Translations under genes and position numbers: made by a program
Part shown: piece by piece, positions 1-14,195 of the stretch
How positions within the stretch are numbered: the first letter of the stretch is position 1
How the letters are laid out: each line of letters opens with the position of its first letter
Notes under the pieces: model-generated
Told to the model about the DNA's origin: nothing
The model's input: the letters and a program-made list of their open reading frames with translations, nothing else
The model's database searches: none
NCBI RefSeq assembly: GCF_001194135.2
Contig: NC_068985.1
Coordinates: forward strand, 75,059,515-75,123,514
DNA from: Octopus bimaculoides
Lineage: Eukaryota
Direction of reading: 5' to 3'
DNA length: 64,000 nt

Positions 1-5
1 ATATA

Positions 6-38
<33 letters not shown>

Positions 39-331
39 GTATGTATGTATATAATTAAGATATTAATTAAGCAATCATACGCATAGAGTTATAAAAATGC
101 ACGTACACATATTCATATCGACACAGATTGAATATTAAAAAAAATATTTATAAAATATAAAATATAAATATATGTATAGATATACATAATAATACATGTA
201 AATAAAACACATGTGGGATACATATGAAAGGAAGTGTGAGAAAGCGAGAGAAATATTTTAGTACTAAAATTAAAAGCGGTTAATAGTTTCAATTAAAAGA
301 TGTATAGAGTTCGATTATTTATTTTTATTTT

Positions 332-388
332 AAAGGTATATAATACAGTTAAAGGTATATAATACAGTTAAAGATATATAATACAGTT
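332..388. repeat. 19-bp tandem repeat, 3 copies
   Basis: AAAGGTATATAATACAGTT at 332, 351 and 370 (one mismatch in the third copy). Confidence 0.9.
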
Positions 389-665
389 ACTGCTAAAAGT
401 TTTTTTCTCTTTTCCTCACGCTTTCTTTCATACGTATCACAAATGGGTTATATTTACATGTATTCTTCTGCGTATTTATATCTATATTTTATAAATATTT
501 TTTTAAATATTTATATGCAGTAATATATGTATGCGCATATTAAGTCGAATTTATAACTGTATAAGTACGATTGCCTAATTTGAGTTATATCTTATTTCTT
601 ATCCTTTGTCTCGGGTTCGACTCAAGTACTTCTTTAGCAATTCTATAATTTTCGTAAGAAAGAAC

Positions 666-1345
<680 letters not shown>

Positions 1346-1489
1346 ATATGTGTGTGTGGTGACAACCGGACGTGTTTTTCATTGCTTTGTTTAGTAAGGA
1401 ATTGAAGAAATAGAAACCACCTCAACTCAAACATCTCTAAATTTTAATTCCCAATTCTTGCGAAAGCTGCGATAAGAAATCAACAGAAG

Positions 1490-4220
1490 ATTAATTTTGA
1501 ACCAGTAGTGCCTGCAATAACCTGTGGGTAAACAGCCGACACACGAAACCCCAAAGTATGCCGCTATTCACTACACAAGACGCTGTGAACTGACAATGAT
1601 TGTACATTCACTCACCTACCAGGGACTAGACGGTCAATTCCTACTCACAACAGCCGCTAACACCAAAGTGCACGATCTAAAACAACGTCACTACCACCAC
1701 TGCCACCACCGTCACCAAATACTAAATCAAATTTTTCAAAAACCACTAATGTTACACAGAACCCTAAAGTCTGCCACTATTCCCAGCGTAACGGATAATG
1801 TCTACAGCATAATTGCCCATTTAATGAATCTTCCGTGGTCTCGTCGCACAATTAAAAATATAAACGGGACTCCTAACCAATACAAAACCCACAACCAGGA
1901 GTTCTCCAAACAGCATTCTTTTTTAGCCATAATCAATATAGCGAAAGTGCTGCAAAAGAACATTCTAACCATCACACAATGTCACACCCATCCCCACCCT
2001 ATTGCACACACTCCCAATGCTACCATTAACAAGCAAATCACCAAGAACAGTCGTCAAAATCAGCCTCCACTATCGCCTCAACATTTTTTTCTCAATGCAC
2101 AAAGCATCAGCCCCTCCACAAATGCCCCAAAATGGAAAATCCAATTTATTGAGGACTGGGTTACTGACCATCCACATCATTTACCTTTCTCGTCTTCACA
2201 GAGACCCATCTCAATAACCTTCACTTGGAAGCTGAGATGCGAGTGAAGAATTTTATAGTCATCCGTGCAGATCGGATCGTGTCGGCAGAAGAAAGTGTGG
2301 GACCGCCATTTTCGTGCACGATTCTTTTTCGGTTGAAGCAATGGATGTATTTACCAATGGCTATTCTGAAGCAGCTTCTGTGTATAGTAAGACCAACAAT
2401 TTAATAGTAGTTGGACTCTATAGGCCACCCCTAACTCCTTTATTACGCTTCAATGAATGCCTCAACAGTATTGTTTCATCCATCAGTATCATGCTGACAA
2501 CATATTAATGATAGGGGACCGCAACCTTCCCATTGTTGATTGGTCCACAAACAGCTTGAAACCAGGTTTTTCCACCTCAACCTCTGAGAAGGAAGCAATC
2601 GAATTGCTTTTTGATTTCATTGATTAGATTTTCCTGAGCCAGCTTGTTCTGACACTATTCTCAATGTTGCAGTGGAAAAAACACTCCCACTCTCAGATCT
2701 TTTACAAGTTGATTGGGCTTACGCGCACGCTCACACCCCACCAACATAAACACATCATGGCAGACATTTGTAGATACTGTAACAAATATGGGCGCAAAAC
2801 ATACTCCATTAAGATCAGTATACAAATCAAGTGCAGAATCCCTAGAAATAGAAGAGCAATCAGAAAAATAAAAAGGATTAACTCAGCCAACTTAAATACT
2901 GCCAGTAGTAACGCACCCATTCGACTGCCATTGCATCACTCGAATCGAAAAGACACAACCTCTATAAGAGCATGATGACCATCACTAACAAACAAAGAAC
3001 AACTGAGGAGAGTTGGGCCATTGAGAAAATAAAACTCAATCCCAAAATGTTCTTTTCATTTGCAAAAAATATATATATAAAAACGCTGTTACCACTGTTG
3101 GTCGCCTGGTTGATGAGAACAACACTCTACATGATGATGCGAAATCTATGTCCGAGATACTGTAGATACTATCCTGCTCTGTTTTCAGCAACGCTAATGC
3201 GGTTGATCTGGCTAGTATCAGTCAAGTAAGCTCTCAACTAACCATATCTGACATAACTTTTGGTGCTCCTGATATCCTAATAGAAATAGGTAATTCAAGC
3301 ACAATTCCGCAGTATGTCGCAATAATCTACCGGCCACTGTCCTGAAGATGTATCGACAACAAATTGCATCCCCACCCCTAGCTGAGCTCTAGAGAAACTC
3401 ACTTGATCAGGCTACATTCCTGATCATTTTCGTTCCCAGTCTGTCGTTCCAGTCTTCGAAAAGGGAAACACATCTCTTGCATTGAACTACCGCCCGATTT
3501 CACTCACCTCTCATATTATTAAAGTATTTGAGAGGGTGGTGAGATCGCTAATAACTCACTTCCTCAAAGACAACAATCTGCTGAACCCCAACCAGCATGG
3601 TTTCCGTGATGGTAAGGACTGCCTGTCACAGCTACTGCACCATTTTGATGACATTTTAAAAGCGTTGGGACAAGGCTCCAACACTGACGTTATATACATT
3701 GATCTCAGCAAGGCATTTGACAGAGTGGACCACAAAATCCTGCTGAAGAAACTTTCCAGCATTGGAGTCCGTGCAAAGCTGATGCATGTCTATAAAGTGT
3801 TTCCTGACGAAAAGAACCCAATATGTTGCGTCTGACGGAATGCGATCCAGCTTAGCCAAAGTCGGTAGTGGCGTCCCACAAGGTACTGTGTTGGGCCCAC
3901 TCCTTTTCAATATCTTATTCTTTATTGCCCACAAGGGGTTAAACATAGAGGGGACAAACAAGGACAGACAAAGTGATTAAGTTGGTTACATCAACCCCAG
4001 TGTGTAACTGGTACTTAATTTATCGACCCCGAAATGATGAAAGGCAAAGTCGATCTCGGTGGAATTTTAACTCAGAACATAGCGGTGGACGAAAAACTGT
4101 GAAACATTTAGCCCGGCGTGTTAACGTGTCTGCTAGCTCGCCGCCTTACTCCTTTTCAATATCTACATCAATGACATAGTAGACGTCATGAAACTTTCTA
4201 CATTGAAAATGTTTACTGAT
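1490..4220 (+). mobile_element. Decayed CR1-like LINE (APE endonuclease + RT), copy 1
   Basis: APE motifs FLNAQSI, VGLYRPP and GDxNLPIVDW. RT motifs NYRPISLTSHIIKVFE, QHGFRDG, DLSKAFDRVDH, SGVPQGTVLGPLLFNI[SINE]YINDI and a KMFTD remnant of FADD. Many stops and frameshifts. Confidence 0.9.
3916..4147 (-). mobile_element. tRNA-derived SINE (family A), full length, 17-bp TSD
   Basis: Minus strand begins AAGGCGGCGAGCTAGCAGA and carries the core CTTTGCCTTTCATCATTTCGGGGTCGATAAATTAAGTACCAG. TSD ACTCCTTTTCAATATCT at 3899-3915 and 4148-4164. Confidence 0.92.
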
Positions 4221-6599
4221 TTGCAATGTAGAAAACCATACTCCGGTTTGAAAGTGTTATAATGCTTTAGGAGCCAACGATGGACTCACAACGCCGACAA
4301 CCGACCTCCTAGAAATACAATCATATCCTACTTTCTTACAAAATAGCATGTATGGTCTCAGATTAGGAAAGAGAAACTGGGAGTTGGAAAAGGTAAAAAG
4401 GAATAAACAAATCAAAAATATAGAACATGAACAATATTTTGCACAACATATTGGTATTACAATGAACTAAAAAGAAATAGTGAGAGAAAAATTATTTTAA
4501 AGTAAATATTATGTAAGGTAGAAAAAACATTCAAATGAAAATGGTGGTTTGAAATGATAACAACTCCTATAGTATGGTAGGAACAAAACGTTTTTAAAAA
4601 GAAAACGTATACCTGAGAAGAACTGAGAAATACATAACAGATAAAATTCACTCATATGGAAATTAATGAAATAATTTTTTTACTAAATTAGGTAGCAAAT
4701 TGAATGATACTAAAAAATGTGAAACACATTAAATAGTGAATGGTCTCCCTTTTAGTAAAAGGAGTAATGAATGATGGAGAAATTTTTGCATGAATCGATA
4801 GGATTGAAAATAAAGGGAACAGCAAAAATGAATTATAACGAACTCGTGAACAAGGTTTTTATACCATAGAAATAAATAGACGATCAAACATAGAATTTTG
4901 CACATTGAAACTGTGAAATATAATAAGCTATACATTGCTGAATTTCCCTGGGAGTTAAAGGAAATGAATTTCATGCGTACAGTAACTGCAAAGGCTGCGT
5001 GTGAGCATTTTGTGCACTTTTGGTTTTTGGAAAGCTTACGTAATGGACGAATGGTAATAAATCTTTCAAGGACTATTTCTCTATTTCAAGGAAAACAGTA
5101 TTGCAATATAATTTACATGGTATATTGAACTGAGAGTAATTGAACTTTGACCTGTTTCACCTTGTTTTTTGTGCCTCTGATTTACCATGCATTAGCATGT
5201 AATCGGCCGAGTATTCTTTACATGTGTGTGCCTTTAATATAATTGTAAGGCAGATCAAGTGTGACCTATTTGACAAGTGTGCGTCGAGAATCCGTCATAC
5301 AGAGTTTCATACAATTTACTTTACATGATTTTCTTCCCACGGCCTGAAATCAGACTCTGGGAAAAAAATGTTTGCACAACATACCACGCATAGAGAGTAA
5401 ATGTTAAATCTCATGATCGTGAAGGATATTTCTCATTCTATTCGAACATATCTTTGTACGTGATAGTTTTGCATCTCAGAAGAGTAGATCATGGGGAGTT
5501 TATTGTTTATTTATAACAGTGATGTGTGGATATGAGATTGATTTTTGATATGCATTGTCCGTCCTTCAATTACATTTGGCTACGAAAATTCTGTACTACG
5601 CTTAGGCGGTGCTTTAGCCATTATATTCAAAGCTGCCAAGCACAACCGACAAAATTCGTTCAAAGAACATCTTTCTCGGGAACTTATAGTAAAACTTACG
5701 ACCATTTTGAAAGTTATTAGAAGCGTATTTCCATCGAATTTATTCGAGAGAAGGGCGTATTCAGAATTGTTACAAGTATTGATATAATAGGATATGCTGT
5801 TTCCAACCTTGTCTATATAGACTCGACAGTACGTTAAACTGTTTGTGCATATTGATCGTTTCAACCTTACCTACTAGCATTTGACAGCTTGTTTCATCAG
5901 CTAGCAAGGTATACGTATTCTTGTTTAGGTGATGTAATTTTTAGGGACAAAAGCGGCCGAGTTTACATTACAGGAAATCGTCAACAAGTGGCATATTGAA
6001 TGTAAATCAATAAAAAATGTAAAGTTCGATGTAAATCATCCAATATACGATTTATAGAATGTGATCATTATAGCCCTTCACGGATTTGGCTCGACATTTT
6101 ACTACTAATCGGTTATTTTCAATCCACAAACTCGGTTAATATTCGTCTCTTTTTTTCAATTGCTCTCTCAGTTGTTAAGTTTATTATGGCCTTGTGTTTA
6201 TCACGTTCCTTCCAATGTCTTATGCTTGGGCGGCTATAGTTAGTGATTCAGTTTATTGTTTCAGATATCTTCCTCTCATACTCAAAGAACATTATTTACA
6301 TCCAAGATACTCAATTTCTTGTATGAATCGGTTAGGTAAATCCTTTTATTTTCAACTATATCTCTTGTTCTGAATTTTATTCTTGAAATCTCTTACACTG
6401 TTTCAGTGACGTTTTAAATATTTATCCCAACAGATATTACACTTTCTTTACTGCAAACAGCATATTTTTAAAACCTAATATTGCAATACTGAATTTTTCT
6501 TCTTTGTTTAACAAACCTTTGTCTCATACTCTTCATGTTAAACAGAAGTTATCTGTATACCGTAGGTAATTTATTTTCAATATGGTTATATTAAGCTCA

Positions 6600-7110
6600 T
6601 TGTTCGGCCTAGATTTGTTCAGTACGCCTAGCAGACAGAATGACGTAATCAGGAAAGGTAAGGCAGAGAGAGAAAGAGAGTGAAATTTTGAAATATTTCC
6701 CTGAATATTTTCACGTTTCCAAATGAATCATTGCGACATTCTAGTTTTAGTTCCCATGATTTCATTACCGGTGATTGTGTGATGCATTGACATAGAAACT
6801 TATAATGGGCCTTCTTGTAGTATATTATACTGGCAGCAACGTTTTTTGTTATTTGTACCTCCTTTAGTATCATATTATCGATATACAAAATATCAGCAGA
6901 TCTCATTGACTTATTTAAGCATTCGTCTTGCTCTGCTGATAACAGATACTCCTTCTCCAGAAAGCTATACATTTCATCTGCTACAATCCCAGTTAATAAC
7001 TGACAGATCAATGAGAAGCAGGTCATTGGTCAATAATTATCAATTTCCGTCCCTTTCGTTCTCATGCACTGGCAATGAATTAGCTTTTGTCATCCATGTT
7101 AGTGTTCCAT
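6600..7110 (-). mobile_element. R4/Dong-type LINE RT fragment
   Basis: LLTGIVADEMYSFLEKEYLL..EQ..C and D.LYID.MILKEV...KN motifs; homologous to the RT at 30100-30400. Confidence 0.75.
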
Positions 7111-7196
7111 ATTCTATACAGATAGTAACAAAGCGTAGTGCGTAACTGTGAAATAACAGCGAGATTCTCAAGTCAGAGTTGCTGAACATAAACGCA

Positions 7197-7258
<62 letters not shown>

Positions 7259-7263
<5 letters not shown>

Positions 7264-7460
7264 AGTCTTATTTTTAGCACAGATTTCACTACACTGCAGA
7301 GCACAGCTCAGTGTGTCTTGGGTATGTGCTGTAATTTGTTGTGATGCTCTTATTCTACTGTATTGAAAGCGTTTACAGTAAACATAAGAGTATCACCAAA
7401 AAAACCACAACGCACACAAGGTTGCACTCGGTAGTGCAGTGAAATCACTTGTTAAAAAGA
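7259..7460. mobile_element. Two short Dong-type 3' ends in opposite orientations
   Basis: 7259-7380 is the reverse complement of the 3' UTR seen at 26930-27045; 7385-7460 is a plus-strand remnant of the same UTR. Confidence 0.7.
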
Positions 7461-7489
7461 ACAATTAGCTAGCATTCCTAGACATATTA

Positions 7490-7870
7490 ATAACACGCAC
7501 AAAGTATGGATTCAGGATATCCGTATACTGCAAGCCGATCTTCACTGAACGATACCTTAACTTCAATTCCCACCATCCATACAGTGTAAAGAGAGGAATT
7601 GCTCAGTGCATAAAACTTCGAACAATGAATATAAGTAGCGATCGTGATACCCACCACGACGAAATGATCAAGCTCAATAACAATCTATTAAGCAACAACT
7701 ACCCGAAAAACATACTATCTACTATTATGAAGAAAAGAGAAGATGCAACCAATAAACTGTCTACAGTCTGGCTACCCTATGTAAAAAGCCTCTCCGAAAA
7801 GATACAAAAGATATGCGGCCCGAATCACATCAGGACAGTATTCAAGAGTAATACAACACTTTGCAAATAT
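7490..7870 (+). mobile_element. Penelope-like element fragment (RT C-terminus/linker)
   Basis: SVYCKPIFTERYLNFNSHHPYSVKRGIAQC, NNYP..I, WLPYVK.LSEKI.KI, and TVFK..TTL motifs typical of Penelope-like ORFs. Confidence 0.8.
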
Positions 7871-7871
7871 C

Positions 7872-8085
7872 TCCATCAACGTGTGGACGTTGGTTACTCT
7901 CATTCATACTTTAAATTTAGATTTCTATAATTTCTAATTTTTATCGCTTCTTATTGTGAACTCGACAAAGACAGGCTTACTCTTGAAATATCGTTTAACC
8001 AATAAAATATCTATTACAATTGAATCACGTTCTTCGTCTTGACTGTTTACCTTTCTGAAGAGTTACGTCAATCCTATTATTATTA

Positions 8086-8139
<54 letters not shown>

Positions 8140-8165
8140 CATTATTATTATTATTATTATTATTA

Positions 8166-8212
<47 letters not shown>

Positions 8213-8420
8213 TTAAAAAAGGATTGCCGTAACTCTTCACAAAGGTAAACAGTCAAGACGAAGAGCGCGATTCGATTGTAATATATTTTATTAGTTGAAC
8301 GATATTTCAACAGTACGTCTGTCTTTGTCAAGTTCGAAATAAGTGATACAAATTCAAAATTTCAGAAATTTAACCGAAAAGTATGAACGGGAGCAACCAG
8401 CGTCCACACATTGATGGACT
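7872..8420. repeat. About 200-bp imperfect inverted repeat (pseudo-LTR-like) around an (ATT)n tract
   Basis: 7872-8075 is homologous to the reverse complement of 8221-8420; (ATT)n at 8076-8214 lies between them. Confidence 0.85.
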
Positions 8421-9580
8421 GACATCATCAGTTTTTAAGTTACAATTTTATAACTGGCGAAAAGAAAGACAGAAACAATAGAAAAAGAAAACGACATAAA
8501 AAAAGGAAAGAAAAAGAGAGAGAGAAGAATATCTAATCAAACAGTTTTGTATAAATTTGTTGGTATTCTCTTGTCATATTATTCGTTCCTCCAGCGCGTG
8601 ATGTTAATAACCCGCAAACATATTTCTCCTCATTCATAATGTGAAGTGAAAGTGGGGCAGATTCAGAATATTTTCTGAGAATATGCACTTTCAAGTCTTC
8701 TTCAAAATTGAAACGAAATGTTCAGCAGGTTCGGTCGAGCTACTGTTATTCAGCCTGACGTCGAATCTGTGCCCATTAAACCTTTCGTTTAATCGTTCTG
8801 TTGTACAACCAACATAACTTTAGTTGTTTTTTTTTTGGCATTCTGCCGTGTACAACAAATGGGAATCTTTACATGTACCACCTTCTCTATAGATCATAAC
8901 ATTTCTGTTATGATTTCTGATGGAATTCACTTCACTCATGTTGCTGCACAATGAACAGGGCTTACCTCTTTTGCTGCTGTTCTTTAAGGTACAGCGTGCA
9001 GATACTCCAATGTTCGTTTTCTTAAAGTCAGATATAGAGGTCAATAATTCTCTTATATTCTTATTGCGTCAAAATGCTACAATGGGCGGCTGAGGAAATA
9101 TCTGTTTGAAACGGGGATATTTTTTCGCCACATGCTGGTAACTTTCATGCAACACTTTTGAAATGACAGCGAAATGTCGGTGCCAGATGATCACTAAAGT
9201 AATTATATCATTCATTGTATTGTGTTTGCTAAAATTATGCTTGTAGGTTTGACTATCTTTGCTAATCTTAGCCATGATATTTCATTTGCTATTTCCTTTA
9301 ATCGTGATTTACTGTAACCTCGTTTGACACAATGGCATACAAAAGCATTTGCATGTTTCCAGTAATCACCTATGTCAGTACAAATCCGTTTTATCCTCAA
9401 AAATTGTGATTTCAAATTTGACCTAATAATATCATGTGGATGATCAGAGCGGCGGTGGAGATAACTGTGGGATGACGTGGGATTGCAAAATAAACTTGAC
9501 TTTTGTGTCCAAAAATTCAACGCTAGTTTTTGAGAAGCTAGACGTAAATTTACAATCGAATCGCGCTCTTCGTCTTGACT
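8221..9580 (-). mobile_element. 5'-truncated Penelope-like element with inverted terminal fragment
   Basis: SYLHRRSDHPHDIIRSNLKSQFLRIKRIC, then C..C...GGTCKDSHLLYTAEC (GIY-YIG N-terminus). 9550-9580 is an exact 31-bp inverted copy of 8251-8281. Confidence 0.8.
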
Positions 9581-9619
9581 ATCATTATTAATATTATTAT
9601 TATTATTATTATTATTATT

Positions 9620-11010
9620 GTTCAGTAGTTTTATTTTTATAACGTGCTTTCACTTCACTACCGAGCGCAGCTCTGTGTGCCTTGGGTATGTGCTGTGGTT
9701 TACTGTGGTGCTCTTATGGTTACTGTATTGAAAGTGTTTTGCGTAGGATGTGTGCAGTGCCCAGTAGTGCAATTTTCTGTATGTTATATATATTTGTAAG
9801 TCCTGGTGTTTTTGTTATGTATTTGTCTGAATATGCTTTTTATTATACCTAAGGCACCTACTATGATAGAAATTGTTTCTGTTTTTAGAGTCCACATTCN
9901 NNNNNNNNNNNNNNNNNNNNNNNNNNNNNNNNNNNNNNNNNNNNNNNNNNNNNNNNNNNNNNNNNNNNNNNNNNNNNNNNNNNNNNNNNNNNNNNNNNNN
10001 NNNNNNNNNNNNNNNNNNNNNNNNNNNNNNNNNNNNNNNNNNNNNNNNNNNNNNNNNNNNNNNNNNNNNNNNNNNNNNNNNNNNNNNNNNNNNNNNNNNN
10101 NNNNNNNNNNNNNNNNNNNNNNNNNNNNNNNNNNNNNNNNNNNNNNNNNNNNNNNNNNNNNNNNNNNNNNNNNNNNNNNNNNNNNNNNNNNNNNNNNNNN
10201 NNNNNNNNNNNNNNNNNNNNNNNNNNNNNNNNNNNNNNNNNNNNNNNNNNNNNNNNNNNNNNNNNNNNNNNNNNNNNNNNNNNNNNNNNNNNNNNNNNNN
10301 NNNNNNNNNNNNNNNNNNNNNNNNNNNNNNNNNNNNNNNNNNNNNNNNNNNNNNNNNNNNNNNNNNNNNNNNNNNNNNNNNNNNNNNNNNNNNNNNNNNN
10401 NNNNNNNNNNNNNNNNNNNNNNNNNNNNNNNNNNNNNNNNNNNNNNNNNNNNNNNNNNNNNNNNNNNNNNNNNNNNNNNNNNNNNNNNNNNNNNNNNNNN
10501 NNNNNNNNNNNNNNNNNNNNNNNNNNNNNNNNNNNNNNNNNNNNNNNNNNNNNNNNNNNNNNNNNNNNNNNNNNNNNNNNNNNNNNNNNNNNNNNNNNNN
10601 NNNNNNNNNNNNNNNNNNNNNNNNNNNNNNNNNNNNNNNNNNNNNNNNNNNNNNNNNNNNNNNNNNNACTGAAAACAGTTTTTTGTTTTGCTCGTGTTTT
10701 GTGGCTATTTGTATTAGTTTTCCTTGCTTCTGGAGTAGGTTTTTTGCAGTCCTATGGTGGTTATTTTATAATAGTTTTCCAGTTGTATAAGACCCCTGCC
10801 ACCTTCTGTGCGTTGTATATATAGCCTTTCTATGTCAGATTTTGTGTGGTGCATCCTATATCTTGTCATTATTTTTCTTGTTTTCCTGTCTATTTTAGAT
10901 AGTTCGTTTAGTGTCCAGTTAAGGACATTGTAGCTGTAACTTATAACTGGGACAGCTAAAGTGTTAATACCTATTATCTTGTTTTTAGTATTGAGCTCTG
11001 TTTTTATTAT
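9620..11010 (-). mobile_element. R4/Dong-type LINE, 5'-truncated, spanning a gap, TAA tracts on both sides
   Basis: Minus strand gives TELNTKNKIIGINTLAVPVISYSYNVLNW and HHTKSDIERLYIQRTEGGRGL. The 3' UTR at 9620-9770 matches 26930-27045. (TAT)n at 9583-9620 and (TTA)n at 11018-11080. Confidence 0.85.
9900..10667. other. Assembly gap (N)
   Basis: Run of N. Confidence 1.
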
Positions 11011-11017
11011 GTTTTTT

Positions 11018-11018
11018 A

Positions 11019-11080
<62 letters not shown>

Positions 11081-11081
11081 C

Positions 11082-11139
<58 letters not shown>
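11018..11139. repeat. (TTA)n followed by (TAG)n microsatellite
   Basis: Directly visible. Confidence 0.95.
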
Positions 11140-11140
<1 letters not shown>

Positions 11141-11885
11141 ATACGTGTATTTTTTCTTGTTGGCTGAATGAAAGCGATAACATAAAAGTGTATATTTCTA
11201 CGTGAAATCAATACAACGACATACTGCTATTCTTTAATTATTATACTTGTTTCATTCATCGGAACGTAGCGATGCAGAAGTAAAGATTGCGTATCTTTTC
11301 CTCGATCATCGACTCCAATTCTTATTCCAGATGGGAGCTTATTTCATCGACATATGTGTGCGTGCGTGTGTACGTGCGTGCATGCGTGTGTGTATGGAAT
11401 CACTAATTCAAGCAACAAATGAGACAATATAATCAACGCAAATACACGCAAGGACACAGTCACACACATATGTACACATACGTATGTGCATATAGCAGGC
11501 ATACAATACACGCACATACGTATATAACACGCAAATACATGCTGGCATTCTTCAGCCAAATTTAAAGATTAACACTATTTACCCGTCTTCACATCTTCAG
11601 GCTGCATTGATGATACACATATCACTGATTGTTTTTATTATCCAAAATACCTATCGAATGTCAGACTTTCACACAAGTGAAAATAAATACATGAATGTCA
11701 AAATATCATCACTGAATAATAAGAAAGTAATACTCAGTATTAATGACGGCTGGTAGTTTTCTCTTATAGAAATAATGATATAGCATCCATTTGCCTGAAA
11801 GATTACAAGAAAATATTTTTCATATGAAGAAATAATATTGTATAAGTAACTGATATTAGTTTGTGATAAATATTTTTTTCTACTC

Positions 11886-12030
11886 TCGGCACAAGGCCCG
11901 AAAATTTTGGGTTTCCGAAATGATGAAAGGTAAAGTTGACGTCGGCGGTATATGAACTCAGAATGTAAAAACAGACGTAATACTGCTCAGCATTTCGCCG
12001 GACGTGCTAATGATTCTGCCAGCCCGCCTT
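11886..12030 (-). mobile_element. SINE family A, diverged
   Basis: Minus strand AAGGCGGGCTGGCAGAATCATTAGCACG...TTCTGAGTTCA...CTTTACCTTTCATCATTTCGG. Confidence 0.8.
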
Positions 12031-13440
12031 TTTTATATTTTTTGGTAACAAATATTGCTAAATAGATAAGTAGCATCCAGTTTTGATAAAGCAGAATATA
12101 TGAGCCCATATCGCTTTCTGATATATTATCTATATCAGAAATCCTATTATAAATTTGAGTGTAATTTTGGGATAACAGGTTTCTTTGAGCGTCACAGTAT
12201 TTTGAAGCTGTAAGCCAAAATGTTTCCATCAGCTGGATTATTAAGTGTTAAAAAATGTTGACAAAATATTTTACTTTGCACATGTGAAGTACTGCAACGA
12301 TATAGGTGCCAACTAAATTAACGATATAGACTTGGCGCTGCCTATCTCTATTAAGAATACACAAATAATGTTTGGTTAATATGAATGTAAGGTACACTAT
12401 CTACAAATGTTGTTCGATATCAGTGATGATATTTCAGTAGGAAAATATGGTGTCATTTTGTAATAAGTGACTTTCTCAGTAGCTGATCTCCTAATCTTCC
12501 ATAAACAAATGCTAGATAAAATATTTTCTCTCCCTATGAAGCAAGAATTTGAATGGGAAATCATATTGTTCTTAAAGTTGATTGCTTGTATAACGAGCAC
12601 AAACACAACTTTTAATAAAAAATATAGTTGAATTACACTATGCTCCTGTTTTCTAGCTTCTTTCTAGGAAACATTCAAACCCGAGTCTTCACTACAGATA
12701 ATGAAGTTATAAAATAAAAGACATTTCTTTTATATATATTCCAACACATTACATGTCTCTTTCATCTAGGAAGCTACACCATGGTTCGGAATATTTAATG
12801 TGAAATGCTATTAACGAGAATTAGATGAAGCTATTAGCATCCTTTCTTGTTCTAAATCATTTAATTAAAAGTGAGCATTTAAATTTTAATTGGAAATTAA
12901 TCAGTATATTATTGAGTCATGAAATGGAAATTGTTTAAATGTCTGCAAATAATCAGACAAATATTCAGTTAAAGTGATTGGGAAACTTAATAAGGGAAAT
13001 ATTTTGAAATTACTTCTAGATTCTTGTAACCAATCTTTTCTTCTATGTTGCTGTTTTCGTTATTGTTCATAGATGGGATTTTTCAACATTTTAAGGAACT
13101 TATTTGCATTTACACGAGAAATTATTTTTCCAATTGAATGCATTAGAATTTATGTATATTTCAGATTCATTCCGTATTCAGTTTAAACTTACAGAAATGG
13201 TTTGGCATAATGTAATCCAATAATTCAAAGACAATTCCCTCTCCTTTATAGTTCATATCTGATGATACATTCTAAATTGATCGTAAGACCTGAACAGTAG
13301 TAAATATTTCCATTAGAAATCATGTGTTTTATTTGAAGCATAAAATGGAACATAATATATTCGCTGTATATTTACTAAAGTATTGTGATCCAAGTATCTT
13401 TATGAATATGATATAGCATTAACTCATTTAGCGTAGAGTG

Positions 13441-13536
13441 TTTGTGTGTGTGTGTGTGTCTGTGTATGTGTCTGTGTGTGCGTGCGTGTATATATGTACA
13501 TCTACATGTACCTATGTCGGTCTATATGATCATATG

Positions 13537-13570
<34 letters not shown>

Positions 13571-13770
13571 GGTAGGTAGGTAGGTAGGTAGGTAGGTAGG
13601 TAGGTAGGTATGCATGCTTGCACGTATGGGTCCGTAACTATGTGTGTGCATACATATGTACGTAAGTGAGTCGATATATAAATGTATATATTTGAAAGAG
13701 TTAACTTCGATAGCTTTTTCTAAATTCATGTTGCTTCGAAGATTATAAATTCTTATAACGTCCGCATACA

Positions 13771-13820
<50 letters not shown>
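13441..13820. repeat. Microsatellites (TG)n, (TATG)n, (TAGG)n, (CA)n
   Basis: Directly visible. Confidence 0.9.
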
Positions 13821-13822
<2 letters not shown>

Positions 13823-14072
13823 AAGTCATGAATGAAAGAGAAATATTTTGATGCAATAATATCCTAATATCACGACATAGTGTTTCATTGATTTATGTTG
13901 ATTTTGTTCTCATTGTAATCCATATTTTCTATGGATTTTTTAAAGATGCTTATATCATCGAACTTATAATTATTTCAAATTAATATTGTTCATATTTGAT
14001 AAATCCTTATATCTGATAAATATTTTCTCTAGATATGTTTACTTAGTCTTAGTTTGTTGTTGTTGTTGTTGA

Positions 14073-14117
<45 letters not shown>

Positions 14118-14195
14118 TATTATTACTATCTTATCATTATCATCATTATTTTTGTCAGTATTATCATTATTCTTGTTATTATTATTATTATTATT

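Noticed and set aside
5925-5981. LGDVIFRDKSGRVYITGNR, resembling an AMP-binding enzyme motif
   Set aside because: Only 19 aa, stops nearby and no other adenylation motifs; likely chance. The surrounding 4.3-6.1 kb may be very old LINE debris, but I could not assign it.
8395-8435. Intact hammerhead ribozyme in the Penelope terminal repeats (also 50975-51005)
   Set aside because: The first has CTGATGA but no GAAA; the second has stem II plus GAAA but no CTGANGA. No complete core was found.
9806-10790. Long ORFs containing X runs (also 26863-27767, 44545-45288, 46334-47236, 52973-53572)
   Set aside because: Artefacts of translating through N gaps; only the real part of 27020-28333 (Tx1 RT) is meaningful.
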